DNA of 64,000 nt from Eremomyces bilateralis CBS 781.70 (Eukaryota). The stretch lies in assembly GCA_010015585.1 (NCBI GenBank), contig ML975151.1, one strand, 5' to 3'. The position numbers and the translations under genes are program-made. Every line of letters begins with the position of its first letter. The stretch's first letter is position 1. This document shows positions 51,316 through 62,719 of the stretch, in pieces. The notes under the pieces were generated by a model, which was not told where the DNA came from, searched no databases, and was given only the letters and a program-made list of their open reading frames with translations.

Positions 51316-54300
51316 CTATGATGTGTGCTCTTCAGTATCATTGTCCGCTGGATTCGAACTGCCACCGATCTCTGCCGCAGAGGTATCCTGCTGCGACTTC
51401 TCCTTTGCTTCCTCCTCTTCCTCTGCATCCTCCCAATCATCGATGACCTCTTCCTTCTTCACCACCTTCTTAGCCGAGGACTTGCCCAGTCCAGCTCGCA
51501 GGACCGTAAACGCATTCTTGTCGCTAAAACGTTTGGCCTGGAGCACCCGCTGTGGAGCAGATGCTTTGGCAGCCACTTGACTCCATCCACCCGGGCTCGT
51601 CACCTCGCTCTCCTTAACCATGATGCGTAGCGATTCGTCAACGCGACAAAGTTGGATTTTCCCAATGGCATTGGAGCGAATGATGTCTTGTAAGGGAGCC
51701 TTGACCATCTGGATAACGGCATCCACGCCCTTCATCGCAACCCATGATGGTTGTTGGGTTGCCGGCCGAATGACCACATTCTCGTTAGGTAAGAAATCGA
51801 TATCGAACTTGACCTGGGGGTGACTTTTCTCAAGTGGCTTCATGGCAGCTTGTATGGCATCGGCGGTCAGGCCAAACGTCGCATCAGTGATGAGGAACGC
51901 ATTGTAGGTCTCAGCAACCGCTTGTCTTGCAGCAGTAGCTGGAACGGCGGATACCAGAGTAGTGCGTTGCTTATTTCGGGTGTGGTTGGCCTCGGCGATG
52001 GTCTTCATGTGAGAAGAGACGAACCGGGGCGTTTTGAACACCACGACGTGACGATGCGGTTCGGGGTCCAGACTTTCCGAGTCAAGAGAGAAATCCTCAG
52101 CAAGATGGTGTAGGAATGCTCGCTGATGCGACTTCATCGGCGAGAACCGAAGTCGTCGCAGGTCCGGATCGGCGGCAAAAATCCGGAACTTCTGCTCCTG
52201 CTCCTGTGCCCACACGGGCGACTCCGCATAAAAGTTGAGGGTTTGGGTAGCATATGGAACGTGGTCGTCCTCATGGTCGGGATCGACATTCAATGCAAGC
52301 GCCAGCTTTCGGTTCCGTTCGAGCCGTAAACACTCATCGTTGCATTGTAAAGCTTTTTCCCGGTTTCCGACGCTCGACTTGGTGGACAAGCACTTGGTCT
52401 CTTGCTTGACTCGTTGGCATGGACAAGTGATGAAGATTTTGTGCGGGCACGGCTTGCCTTCATCGCAAGGCCCGGGGGCATGACACCGTGCGAGATCCGA
52501 ATGCCCACAACTCGACCTCTCCTTCCCGCACGGTTGATCGCAGACAGTTTCGCATTCCCCAGGGCGGTGACACTGTTTCCGACAACGGTGGAACCCGCAT
52601 CGGAGCTTCTGCCCGCAAATCTCGCCGCATCGAACTTCTTGAAACCAACAGGGTTGGTTGTTAAGCTCGTTGCGAGCGCAGAGACAGCGCTTCTTCATGA
52701 GAAACGGGCATTTGGGGCAGGGTTCGGCGTCGAGGTGGCAACGGTGGGACACTTGCGGATGCCCGCATGATTTTGGACGCTCGCAATCGAAATGACACGG
52801 CGGCGGTTGTGTCCCACAAGGCAATGGAGGCTGAAGGACCGTTCGACCGCAGGCGCATGAAACCTCCTCGAATATGGCTTCTGGACACGAAGGGCATGGT
52901 CCGGAATGGCAGAGCTGCGTACAGCTGTGGTTTCCGCAGCGTAACATCCGGCCGCAAACCAGGGTACAGATGTGCTCCTCTTCCACGGCGTTGGCGTCAC
53001 GCACACTGGAAGCCTGACTCAATGGCTTCAGTTTCCGCTTTTGGCTCATTCGCTCGGCCGCTGCCTTTTCTCCCTCACAACACCTTTCCGCGCAGGTATG
53101 TCTTCCGCAACTGAGTGTGGCTCGGCAAACCCGCAGACACTGTGGCTTCTCCTCGGTTCCTTGATGGCATATCGATTTCGACGTTGTTCGCCCACATCGA
53201 CAAGATATCTGAATGGTTTCAGTGCAAGGCCGGCATGGACCCTCGTGACACGATTGTTTGCAGACGTGCCCGCAAGGAAGGGGTTGCGAACAGCGCTGCC
53301 CGCAGAATGGAATCGGATCGGTACATGAAGTGCGAGGCGAGTCTAAGATGGTCATGAGTTTCGTCTTCCCACAGGGACAGTGGGTGATGATATCCGGTGA
53401 CTTGGGGCAATGTGCCGCATGTTCATCCTGCGTGTGGCAACCTTTCGAACACGAATGCACTCCGCAATCGAACAAGCGTTCACACTCACTGCCACAATGG
53501 AAGCAACCGATGCAAGGCTCTCGTCCGCCATTCTCGGTAGAAACAAAGGTTTCTTTCCGCTCGTCTTGATCGGAGCAGACCATGGTCTTGCTGTCTTTGC
53601 CGCAATAGCATAATGTATCGATGACCGTCTGACATGGTCCGCAGAGACCGGGATGACATGGCCTTGGACAGGTATGCTCGCCACACGCCATCAGTTCCCC
53701 ACAAACCGCTTGACAACTCCAGCCGCCCTCATAGTCGGTATCAACGCATCTTCGTGTAGCGGATTCTCTTCCACAGAAACAAGACTGCTCCGTCCCCATA
53801 TTCGTACAAGGTGTACACGGGCCTGGGTGACATATAGTCTCGCAAGGGTGAGGACATTTCCGGACTCGTGGTTTGGCACACGTCTGACCACATGAGAAAG
53901 GTGGGAGGCCGGGGATTGACTGAGGATCTGTCTCTTTGTCGCACCAGCAGTTGAAGGTCGTCGGGAGCGTGTCCTTCGGTAGATTGCATCCAGGACACCT
54001 CCAATGCCGTGGTGGCTCTTCACCGTTTTGCAGCACCGGTGGCTGATTCCACTGGCCTGACGACCACTTTTTGACACATCCAAAATGGAAGACGCTCCAA
54101 CACGTCCTGCACGACCAAATTTTGGAATTCCGATGCACTTCGTTCATGCAAATGGAACATTCGTAGAGGTGACGATCAATATCCTCACGAATTCTGGTGC
54201 TGATGTCAGGAGCGGATGATCTTGACATCCGGCGTTTTTGCCTCGGGGTATTGGAGTGGGAGTGAGGAGCATTTGATCCAGGCGGCTGTTGATATGGTCG

Positions 54301-54690
54301 CCCAGGTACGAAAACAGGTGCCTGAGGATTGGCCCCTACAGGGGACGCCGCGTCTGGCTGATTGTGTGCAGCGGTGGCATTGTTGGTGAGATGACCTCCA
54401 AAAGTTCGACCATTGGCGACTTGGTGGGGTGGTTGTCTTGAAGGGCCGGCATTGACTGAATTTGTATTGGCACGGGCACCTCTACCTCTGAAGCGTGATC
54501 TTGAAGAAGGGCCGGCATTGATTGAATCGGGATTGACATGAACTCCTCCGCCCCTGGGAGGCGGTCTTGAAGGGCCAGCGTCGACTGAATCGGGATTCAC
54601 AGGAGCTCTACCCCTGGGAGCCCGTCCTCGTCTTCCACCTCTTCCTCGTCCTCGCTGAGTCGGAACACTCCCCTGGCTTTCAAGCGCCAT
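51316..54690 (-). CDS. FAP1: NF-X1-type zinc finger / RING / R3H protein (FAP1-like)
   Basis: RING (YECSIC..C.SVFHFGC..WRCPGC), many CGxHxC NF-X1 fingers, R3H (PMKSHQRAFLHHLAEDF). Confidence 0.92.
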   Translation of the reverse strand: MALESQGSVPTQRGRGRGGRRGRAPRGRAPVNPDSVDAGPSRPPPRGGGVHVNPDSINAGPSSRSRFRGRGARANTNSVNAGPSRQPPHQVANGRTFGGHLTNNATAAHNQPDAASPVGANPQAPVFVPGRPYQQPPGSNAPHSHSNTPRQKRRMSRSSAPDISTRIREDIDRHLYECSICMNEVHRNSKIWSCRTCWSVFHFGCVKKWSSGQWNQPPVLQNGEEPPRHWRCPGCNLPKDTLPTTFNCWCDKETDPQSIPGLPPFSCGQTCAKPRVRKCPHPCETICHPGPCTPCTNMGTEQSCFCGRESATRRCVDTDYEGGWSCQAVCGELMACGEHTCPRPCHPGLCGPCQTVIDTLCYCGKDSKTMVCSDQDERKETFVSTENGGREPCIGCFHCGSECERLFDCGVHSCSKGCHTQDEHAAHCPKSPDIITHCPCGKTKLMTILDSPRTSCTDPIPFCGQRCSQPLPCGHVCKQSCHEGPCRPCTETIQISCRCGRTTSKSICHQGTEEKPQCLRVCRATLSCGRHTCAERCCEGEKAAAERMSQKRKLKPLSQASSVRDANAVEEEHICTLVCGRMLRCGNHSCTQLCHSGPCPSCPEAIFEEVSCACGRTVLQPPLPCGTQPPPCHFDCERPKSCGHPQVSHRCHLDAEPCPKCPFLMKKRCLCARNELNNQPCWFQEVRCGEICGQKLRCGFHRCRKQCHRPGECETVCDQPCGKERSSCGHSDLARCHAPGPCDEGKPCPHKIFITCPCQRVKQETKCLSTKSSVGNREKALQCNDECLRLERNRKLALALNVDPDHEDDHVPYATQTLNFYAESPVWAQEQEQKFRIFAADPDLRRLRFSPMKSHQRAFLHHLAEDFSLDSESLDPEPHRHVVVFKTPRFVSSHMKTIAEANHTRNKQRTTLVSAVPATAARQAVAETYNAFLITDATFGLTADAIQAAMKPLEKSHPQVKFDIDFLPNENVVIRPATQQPSWVAMKGVDAVIQMVKAPLQDIIRSNAIGKIQLCRVDESLRIMVKESEVTSPGGWSQVAAKASAPQRVLQAKRFSDKNAFTVLRAGLGKSSAKKVVKKEEVIDDWEDAEEEEEAKEKSQQDTSAAEIGGSSNPADNDTEEHTS

Positions 54691-55568
54691 CGGTTGATTC
54701 TCGAAGACAAATTGATAAATCTAGGGAAGAAAATCGGAAAACAAAGACTCGCAAGGGATATATTGAAATTTAGACCGCGCCGTCTTCGGGATAGGTGGTG
54801 GCAACCCTGAAGGACGTGTTCTGGTGGCGATGTGTGGATTTTTCTCGATGTTGCAAGGATCTTCGTAACGTTGGATGATCACGAGCAGGCGTCAGTTGTG
54901 GGAGGGATATTGAGGTATTCAAACACCGGAATTCCTGGATGTTCTTGGTAATGTTTCTTTTGGGAAAGAGTTGAACAGAATATTGGCCAGCGTGGTCGTC
55001 CGGAAGCGTCGCTGATTTAACCTAATGCCACAGCAAATATCAACATGGATGGCTCTCTGTTACACTCGGTCCATGACATAACATACGAGAGACTTTAGCT
55101 CCATAAGGCATAAAGTGAGTCAAACCATAAGTATTGATAAGCTACTGCAAACCGTGCCCCATCAGTGCATTTAGCTTTGTAGCTCCGCCACCTTGTGAGT
55201 CAAGGCCTTCATCTACTGAATCAGATTCGTTATTCTGGAAGGGGATCAGATCTTGATGGAGTGATATGGCAGTGTGCTATGGTGGGTGAGGCTGTGTAAA
55301 TATTGATTAATAATGATGGCGGAGTCGGTACTGAATCTCTACTTTGCGTTAGACTGAAGGGTGCCTGTAATTTTGGGGCGAAAATAGTTAGTCCCGAATC
55401 CACGCATCCTTGTCTCATCATGCTCATTATTGTTGCTCCCTCAGGTCTGAATCTTCTATCATGTGGTAGACAACGGACTCCTACCAAATCAACCTGTCCC
55501 ACCTCTGATCACTTTGACCTACTTCAATATATCTACATCTCTTCTATATCAGAGTTGTGCAGGTCACC

Positions 55569-57971
55569 ATGTCTCTCCCTCCGCCCCCTCCTGAACCGTC
55601 CAGCGTGCCACCTCCCCCGTCCGACATTCCGCCACCCCCAGCTCCCCCGGAAGTCAAACCCCCAGCGAAGAAAGGATGGGGAAATACGAAGAAGCAGCCC
55701 ATCAGCGTGGAAGACCTCTTGAGGAAGAAGAGAGAGGCGGATGAAGCAGCGGCGAAGGTGAGTTAGCTCCCGACGAAATTCGGCCTTCAAGTGTTCACGC
55801 GACTACAGTTCCACTAACTGATGTCTAGCCGAAATTCATGTCCAAAGCGAAGCGTGAGAAATTGGCCCTGGAGAGATTGGCCAAAGAAAGAGAGGAGCAA
55901 CAGCGACGGCGAGAATCGAGCCAGAATGGAAATGGAAATGGAAATGGATCTCAGCCCGCCATTGCGCCTCCGTCCAACGATAGGGAATCCGTAACCCGAC
56001 GACCAAACAGAATGGCACCACCATCAATACCCACCGGTCCTCGAGCCTTGCGCCACGGCGAAGTCCCTACCGGACCCGCAGCGATGCGCGGTAGCCAGTC
56101 GAACCGTAGCGCCGAGTCCGCGCCAGCACAGAATGGCGCGTCTTCCGGGAAGGGCGACAAGAGGCTGGTGCCGGAGGATGCGGAAGTGCAGATCATCCGG
56201 CAGAGGTACATGGGAGCCGACCAGAATACATCGACATTTTCAGCCAAGAAGAAGCGGAAGCGAACCACGGAGAAGAAGTTCAATTTCGAGTGGAACGCGA
56301 ACGAGGATACCAGCCGAGACTACAATCCCATCTACGAGACGAAGGCGGATGTCAACTTCTTCGGCCGAGGACACGGGGGCGGCATCTCCGATGATACGGA
56401 CGAGGCGGTTCAACGATACGCGCAAGCCGTGGCGGACCTTGATCCCGAGGCAGGGAGTGCCCGAGCGCAGCAAATATTGGAGATGGAACGCCGACGAAAG
56501 GAGGAGAGCAGCCGCAGTTCGTTGGACAAGCACTGGAGTGAGAAGAAGTTGGAGCACATGCGGGAACGAGACTGGAGGATATTCAAGGAGGACTTCAACA
56601 TCAGCACGAAAGGCGGCTCCATACCCAATCCGATGCGGTCATGGAAGGAATCCGGCCTCCCCAAACGACTTCTCGATATCGTCGAACAAGTCGGCTATAG
56701 CGAGCCGAGTGCTGTCCAGCGGGCCTGTATCCCGATCGCCCTCCAAGCCCGCGATCTCATCGGCGTGGCCGTGACCGGGTCCGGTAAAACCGCCGCGTTC
56801 CTGCTCCCCCTCCTAGTATACATCGCGGAGCTCCCGGAGCTCAACGAATTCAACAAGAACGACGGACCGTACGCGATCATCCTCGCACCCACCCGCGAAC
56901 TGGCGCAGCAGATCGAAACCGAGGCGAAGAAGTTCGCCACACCGCTGGGTTTCACCTGCGTCAGTATTGTCGGTGGACATTCCATCGAGGAGCAGTCGTA
57001 CAACCTCCGCAACGGCGCAGAGATCATCATCGCGACGCCTGGCCGGTTGCTGGACTGCATCGAGCGGCGGGTGCTCGTGCTCGGCCAATGCTGCTACGTC
57101 ATTATGGACGAAGCGGACCGCATGATCGACCTCGGTTTCGAGGAGCCGGTCAACAAGATCCTCGACGCGCTGCCCGTACAGAACGAGAAGCCAGACACAG
57201 ACGACGCGGAGGACGCCCGCGCGATGACCACCCACATCGCCGGCCGCGACACCCGCTACCGTGAGACCATGATGTACACCGCCACGATGCCCAGCGCGGT
57301 CGAGCGCATCGCGCGGAAATACCTCCGCCGCCCCGCCATCATCACCATCGGCAACGTCGGGGAGGCCGTCGAGACTGTCGAGCAGCGCGTGGAGTTCGTC
57401 GCGGGGGAGGACCGCCGCAAGAAGCGCCTGCAGGAGATCCTCTCGTCGCGGCAGTTCGCGCCGCCCATCATCGTCTTCGTCAACATCAAGCGCAACTGCG
57501 ACGCCGTGGCCCGCGACCTCAAGCACATGGGCTTCAACGCCGTTACACTGCACGGCAGCAAGACGCAGGATCAGCGAGAGGCCGCGTTGGCGCAGCTGCG
57601 CAGCGGGACGGCGGACGTGTTGGTGGCGACGGATCTGGCGGGGCGAGGGATCGATGTGCCGGATGTGAGCTTGGTGGTGAACTTCAACATGGCAATGAAC
57701 ATCGAGGGGTACACGCATCGAGTGGGGCGGACGGGTCGGGCGGGGAAGAGCGGCGTGGCTATTACATTCTTGGGGAACGAGGATGCCGATGTCATGTATG
57801 TGCACCCCTCTCCGCGCTATATATTGCTGAACTGTTTACTGACGTCGATACAGGTACGACCTCAAGCAGATGCTCATGAAGTCCAGCATCTCTCGCGTCC
57901 CCGAGGAGCTGCGGAAGCACGAGGCCGCGCAACAGAAGCCGACACGAGGGACTCACAAGAAGATCGAATAA
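55569..57971 (+). CDS. PRP28: Pre-mRNA splicing DEAD-box helicase PRP28
   Basis: KKFNFEW, HWSEKKLEHMRERDWRIFKEDF, TGSGKT, PTRELAQQI, DEAD, HRVGRTGRAG; last exon ends EELRKHEAAQQKP..KKIE*. Confidence 0.96.
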
Positions 57972-58244
57972 GGTTCTGGTACGGTGGTGCCGTGGTGGAT
58001 GGTCGATGGCATGTCAATAGATCACTCTGGACAAACAATCACGAGCCGAGCAGGTCGATAATTACACTGTTTTCGATTGGAATGCATGCTTTATTTCGTG
58101 AACTCTGCGCACATCGTCCCTTTCCGAGTACTCGAGGAAAACAGCAATGTAGTTAGCGGGGAGAACCCATGTCACCCGTGTCCACAGACGGCAACTAAGA
58201 ATGCCGACCCGCGAGCATCGACATCGAACTTATACACGGAACGC

Positions 58245-61200
58245 TCACATACTCCCCAGCCGCGCCTGCGACTGATGCGGACTTCCCTCCTGTCCACTCA
58301 TCGCGCTCCCCGGCCGCTGCATCCCCGAATGCCCCGCCATCGCCCCCTGCGGCGTGGCACTCCGACTGCCCGTCGCGTTCACCCCCGGGCTCGCCGCCGT
58401 CATGCGACTCTGCTGCATCTGCCGCTGATACTGGAGCTGCTGCGCGTACTGCTGCTGCGGGGACCCGGAGCCGGTGAGCGGCAGCGACATGGGGCCGCCT
58501 CCTAGGGGTGGCGAGCCGGCGGGGGGGTAGCTGGGATTGCCGAGGTGGTTGAGGTGGGCGCCGGGGCTGCCGGACGCGGTGGCGCCGGCCGCGGCGGCCA
58601 TGGCGGATTGGCGTTGGAGGAGCTTCGCGAGGTGTTCGTGGGCGGCGCGCTGGATCTGGTCGGTGGACATGTGTGGGTGTTGGTTTTGGAGTTGGGCCAT
58701 GATCTGGTTGATAGCGGGGATGTGGCCTGAGGAGAGAGACTGGGGCTGCTTCATGGGGCCCGGACCGAGCTGGGACATGCGAGGGGACGACGCGTTGCCG
58801 GATCCAGGCATGCCGTTGGTTCCGTTCATCTTGCCTGCCATCGCCGCGACCATGGCGGGATTCTGGATTCCGGCGGAGGCCAAGTGGGCGGCGGCTAAGT
58901 TACTACGGTTGGCCAAATGCTGTTGCATTTGCAGCTGCGACGCCGGGTTTTGCATGGCGGCCCGCTGCTGCATGGCCATGCGCATCTCGGGAGAGTGATG
59001 AGGACCCATCCGCGGCTGGCCTTGCAGGCTGTTCGCCATCTGGCCTTGCTGCATGTTTTGCATGCCGTGCGGCATCCCGGACATGTTTCCGTTCGGCATT
59101 CCGTTCGGCATGGGCGAGGCGTGCTGGCTGGAAGGTCGATTCTGCATCGCATTCGCCGTCTGCGCTTGGCCGGCGGGATTGGTACCATTGATGGCGGAAG
59201 GTCCTGAATTCAGGCCGTTTTGAATGCCATTTCTCTGAGCGATCGAGTTGACGCCGTTGGTCGAACCGTGACCCGGGGGCGCTATTTGAGCTTGACGTGC
59301 AGCCTGCTGTATTGGTGAGCAATGGATCAATCTGGAAGGCCAGGCACGCTTACTCTTTGTTGCGCGGCCATCTGCTGGCGATACTGCTCCTGCCGTTCGA
59401 GCAATTTCTGTTCCCGTTCGTGCTTGATGCGGCTCATTTCCTGGGGACTGAAGATTCGAGTCTGGCTTTGATTGGTTTCGTTCGCGGCCTTTCGAAGTTG
59501 AGCGGCTTTCATAGCTAGAGATGTCGATTAGCAATGTTATCAAGTAGCCGGGCTCGGCAAAGAAACAATGTTAACTTACATTCGGCCTGTTTATGAGCAG
59601 CGGCCTCCCTCTTCCTGGCCAACTTGCGCATAGCATCGATGAGGGCGATGTGTCGTTCATTTCGCCTCCGTTCAACGCGCATGGGCGAGATGGTCTTGCG
59701 GGTTCGGACTAAGGGTTGGTTAGGGGTTTGAGCATGCTGCTGCTGGCGTATCCGATCCGCTACTTCCTGGCGAGCCACGGAATTTTTGTTTGCCGCATCA
59801 AGACGTGCCATGTATGTCTTGAAATATGGGGTCTTGGACATATCCTGTGGGAGCCCTTCGAGTTGGATCCAACGTTCAAAGCATTCCCATGGCGTTCGAC
59901 GTTCCGCGCTGGATGTGAATAGCGATGGAGCTGAAAGAGACGATGCGATGAGGGACCAGTTGTATGAGTATTCTCTGACCAGACTTCGAAGCTTCTGGTC
60001 TTCCTCGTATAACCACTGCGAGGACAAACGACTCTCGAGGAACGCGACTGCAGGCATCCCATACTCTGACGGAGGTCGGAATGCATGGCTCGCATGTAAA
60101 CGTTCACGGACGTGCTTGTTCTCGGGTTGGAATAAAGCAACGTCATTCTGCATCGGAGGCAGATCTTTGGACTTGTCCTCTTGTTCCTCCTCTTCGTAGT
60201 TATACCGGCTACGTCTCGTCGGACGGCGGCTCCCAATCGAAACAATCTTGCTTTTGCACAGCTTGGAGACAGGAATGAGTTGCGAGGATGGTTTCGGGGT
60301 GAGGGATTCGCTGCTCAGATGCTTCTCAAACGAGGGGAGTTGATTAAGCAGCCGGTCTGCCATCGGGGTCCAATCGAGCTCAAATACGACATCGTCAAAG
60401 CCCAGAGAGAACAATGCCATCGGCGAGATGGTCCCGTCACTTTGAGCATGAGAGGACTTTGTCGGTGTGGACAACTCGCTGCCCGACTCATTGGATTGCG
60501 ACGTGGTGAGCGCCGGAGTGGATGGAAAATCGCCGTTGTTCGTCTCCATCGGCCGTGATGGCTGCGCCCGCGCCTTGACCTGCAGCTGGGAGCGCTCTTC
60601 TAGGGGTGCGTTAACCCAATCCGCGCACCATTCGGCCAGGTTCCTGGCACAGGCCATGCGTAACTTCCGCTCTTCCCGGAAATCGGTCCTCATCCATTTC
60701 ATTTCACGAAGCAGATAATCCCAGTGCGATGGCGGTGTAGGAGGCTCTTTTGGAGGCTGCATTTGACGGAATGACCATCGATTCGCGTTTTGCAATTGGT
60801 ATATCCGCTTCAGAACCCGGAACTCGAGAAGTTCACGGTTCACGGATAGCAAGTTCGAGGTGTTCACCGTCTTCGACGAACGTGTCGTCAACTCTCGTAA
60901 CGTCTCCGACCGTGGGCTTTGGTATGACTGGAACCGGAACAAGGGTTCGAGATAGTCCTTGGAACTGTCTTCCGATGCTCCAGCCAGAGCCAGATACTCA
61001 TCTGGCGACGTGGATAGCGCCTTGCGGATCTTCATTACGTTGGGATTGGCGAGAATGACCTGTGAATGTTTCGCCTTGAGGCCACGGGATCGAGGAGAGG
61101 CAATTAATGCCCTTGTGGTTTCGTCATCGATCTTGGCAAGGGCAGCACTGTCTAGCACTGATGAAGAAGGGTGATGAATACTGGAAGCGGCTAAGTCGGC

Positions 61201-62719
61201 CCCAATCGCTTGGGCATCAGACATCGTAACGTCTCCATCCGACTCCCGTGGCCCCTTTGATGGAGTCGTCCGGTCGATATCCATGCTATCCAGCGCGGTT
61301 CGACTTCTGTGAGCTTCTTCAATCATGTCCGCTTGCACCGTTGCATCGTCGGTTGCAAACGGTGGGACTTGCGATCCTGCAGCGATCGCGGAAAGAGGTT
61401 CGTTCGGAGTCGGTGTGGGAATAAGGGAAGGCGCATCGGTAACGACGTTCTCAGTCCGGGAGGATTGCGTTGCCTGTTCCTCCTCATGGCGTAGCTGTGC
61501 TTCTGGGGTAGGGGATAGTACGCTGCTTTCGGGCCTGTTTCGGTCCTTTGGTACGGATGGGGACGGTTGGTGCGAGAAAGACGTGGGAGCATTCGCTTTG
61601 ATGACCCCCGTGAAGTCGGCATGGTCGTGCGGCTCTGCTTCTGGACTCGTTTCTGGCGACTTGAGCGCCGCTTTGGGTGTAAAGGCCGAGTGTCCGCCGA
61701 CCGTCGAAGGCGACGATGCCGACTCGTTCGTGGGGACTGAGACGATAAGATTCGCATTCTCTCCGCCTCTTCTCCTTTTGCCCAATACCGTCTTCCGGGA
61801 GCGATCATCTTGCCCCTGCGAAGTCTCTGCGCTTGTGCTGCTCGAGGCCACCTCTTCGACAGATGAAATACTACTGCTATGGGCGTCGACTCCGTCACCC
61901 GGACCTAAAGGTGCTCGCGACGGTTGCGGTTGGGCCTCTTTCTGGCTGTCGGGTACGATGCCACGCGTTTGCGCGTCATGAATTTGTCTGCCTGATATGC
62001 TCTCCGCGTCTATAACTTGCTCATCAATTGCCTTTTGCTCTGTCGGCTGTGGTGCTGTCGGCTCTGCGCCAGGTCTGGCGTCCGAACCGGCAGGCAATGA
62101 GGTCGCTTCATGATCGGTTGCGAACGGGGTTGGAGACGTGGTTTTCGCAAATCCGGGCGCGGATGGTGAGGGTGCCGGTTCAGAAGGTGATATCGGAAGG
62201 GAGGGTTTCACTATTGGAGGAGAGGGCGCGTTCTGAAAGCCATTTTGGAGAGTTGGAGGAAGAGGGATGGTTTCTTCGCGAAGTGTTCGACCTCTACAAA
62301 GTGAGTTAGCAGTCGGACAAAAGTGATACAACCGGAAAGGGTCGTGGAAGTTCACTGGACGCGTTTTTGGCAATGCACGTACTTTGTAAGGTCATTTTGG
62401 TCGAGGAAGTTGGCTTCGTCGGGGGTGGGCGGCGCGTCGACGGGCGGTAGGGTTGGGAGGCCCCCGACGTTGGTGCTAAAGGTGAACAGGGCCCGCAGAT
62501 GGTCGCGGTGCAGCTCGGCGGATTTCCTAGAAAACGCGAATTAGAATCGCAACGCGGACGTGATAATTTCCATCAACGAAAATACGGTGTCGCATCGCGT
62601 CCGGCAAGTGATATATGATGACGATGGCAATATTCCATCGCTGTGGAGGGCGCGACTTACAGGGCCTCTGCCTTCTTCGAGTTCCATATTGCCTCACGGA
62701 CGTTCTCCAGTATGGACAT
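58245..62719 (-). CDS. EAF1: NuA4 scaffold EAF1/VID21 (HSA + SANT/Myb)
   Basis: RIYQLQNANRWSFRQ..HWDYLLREMKWMRTDFREERK (HSA); QWLYEEDQKLRSLVREYSYNWSLI..RRTPWECFERW (Myb); Q/M-rich tail. The 5' exons (MSILENVREAI..) are inferred. Confidence 0.9.

Noticed and set aside
56813..57805. 330-aa antisense ORF (and similar shadow ORFs elsewhere in the window)
   Set aside because: A by-product of high-GC codon usage on the opposite strand of PRP28.
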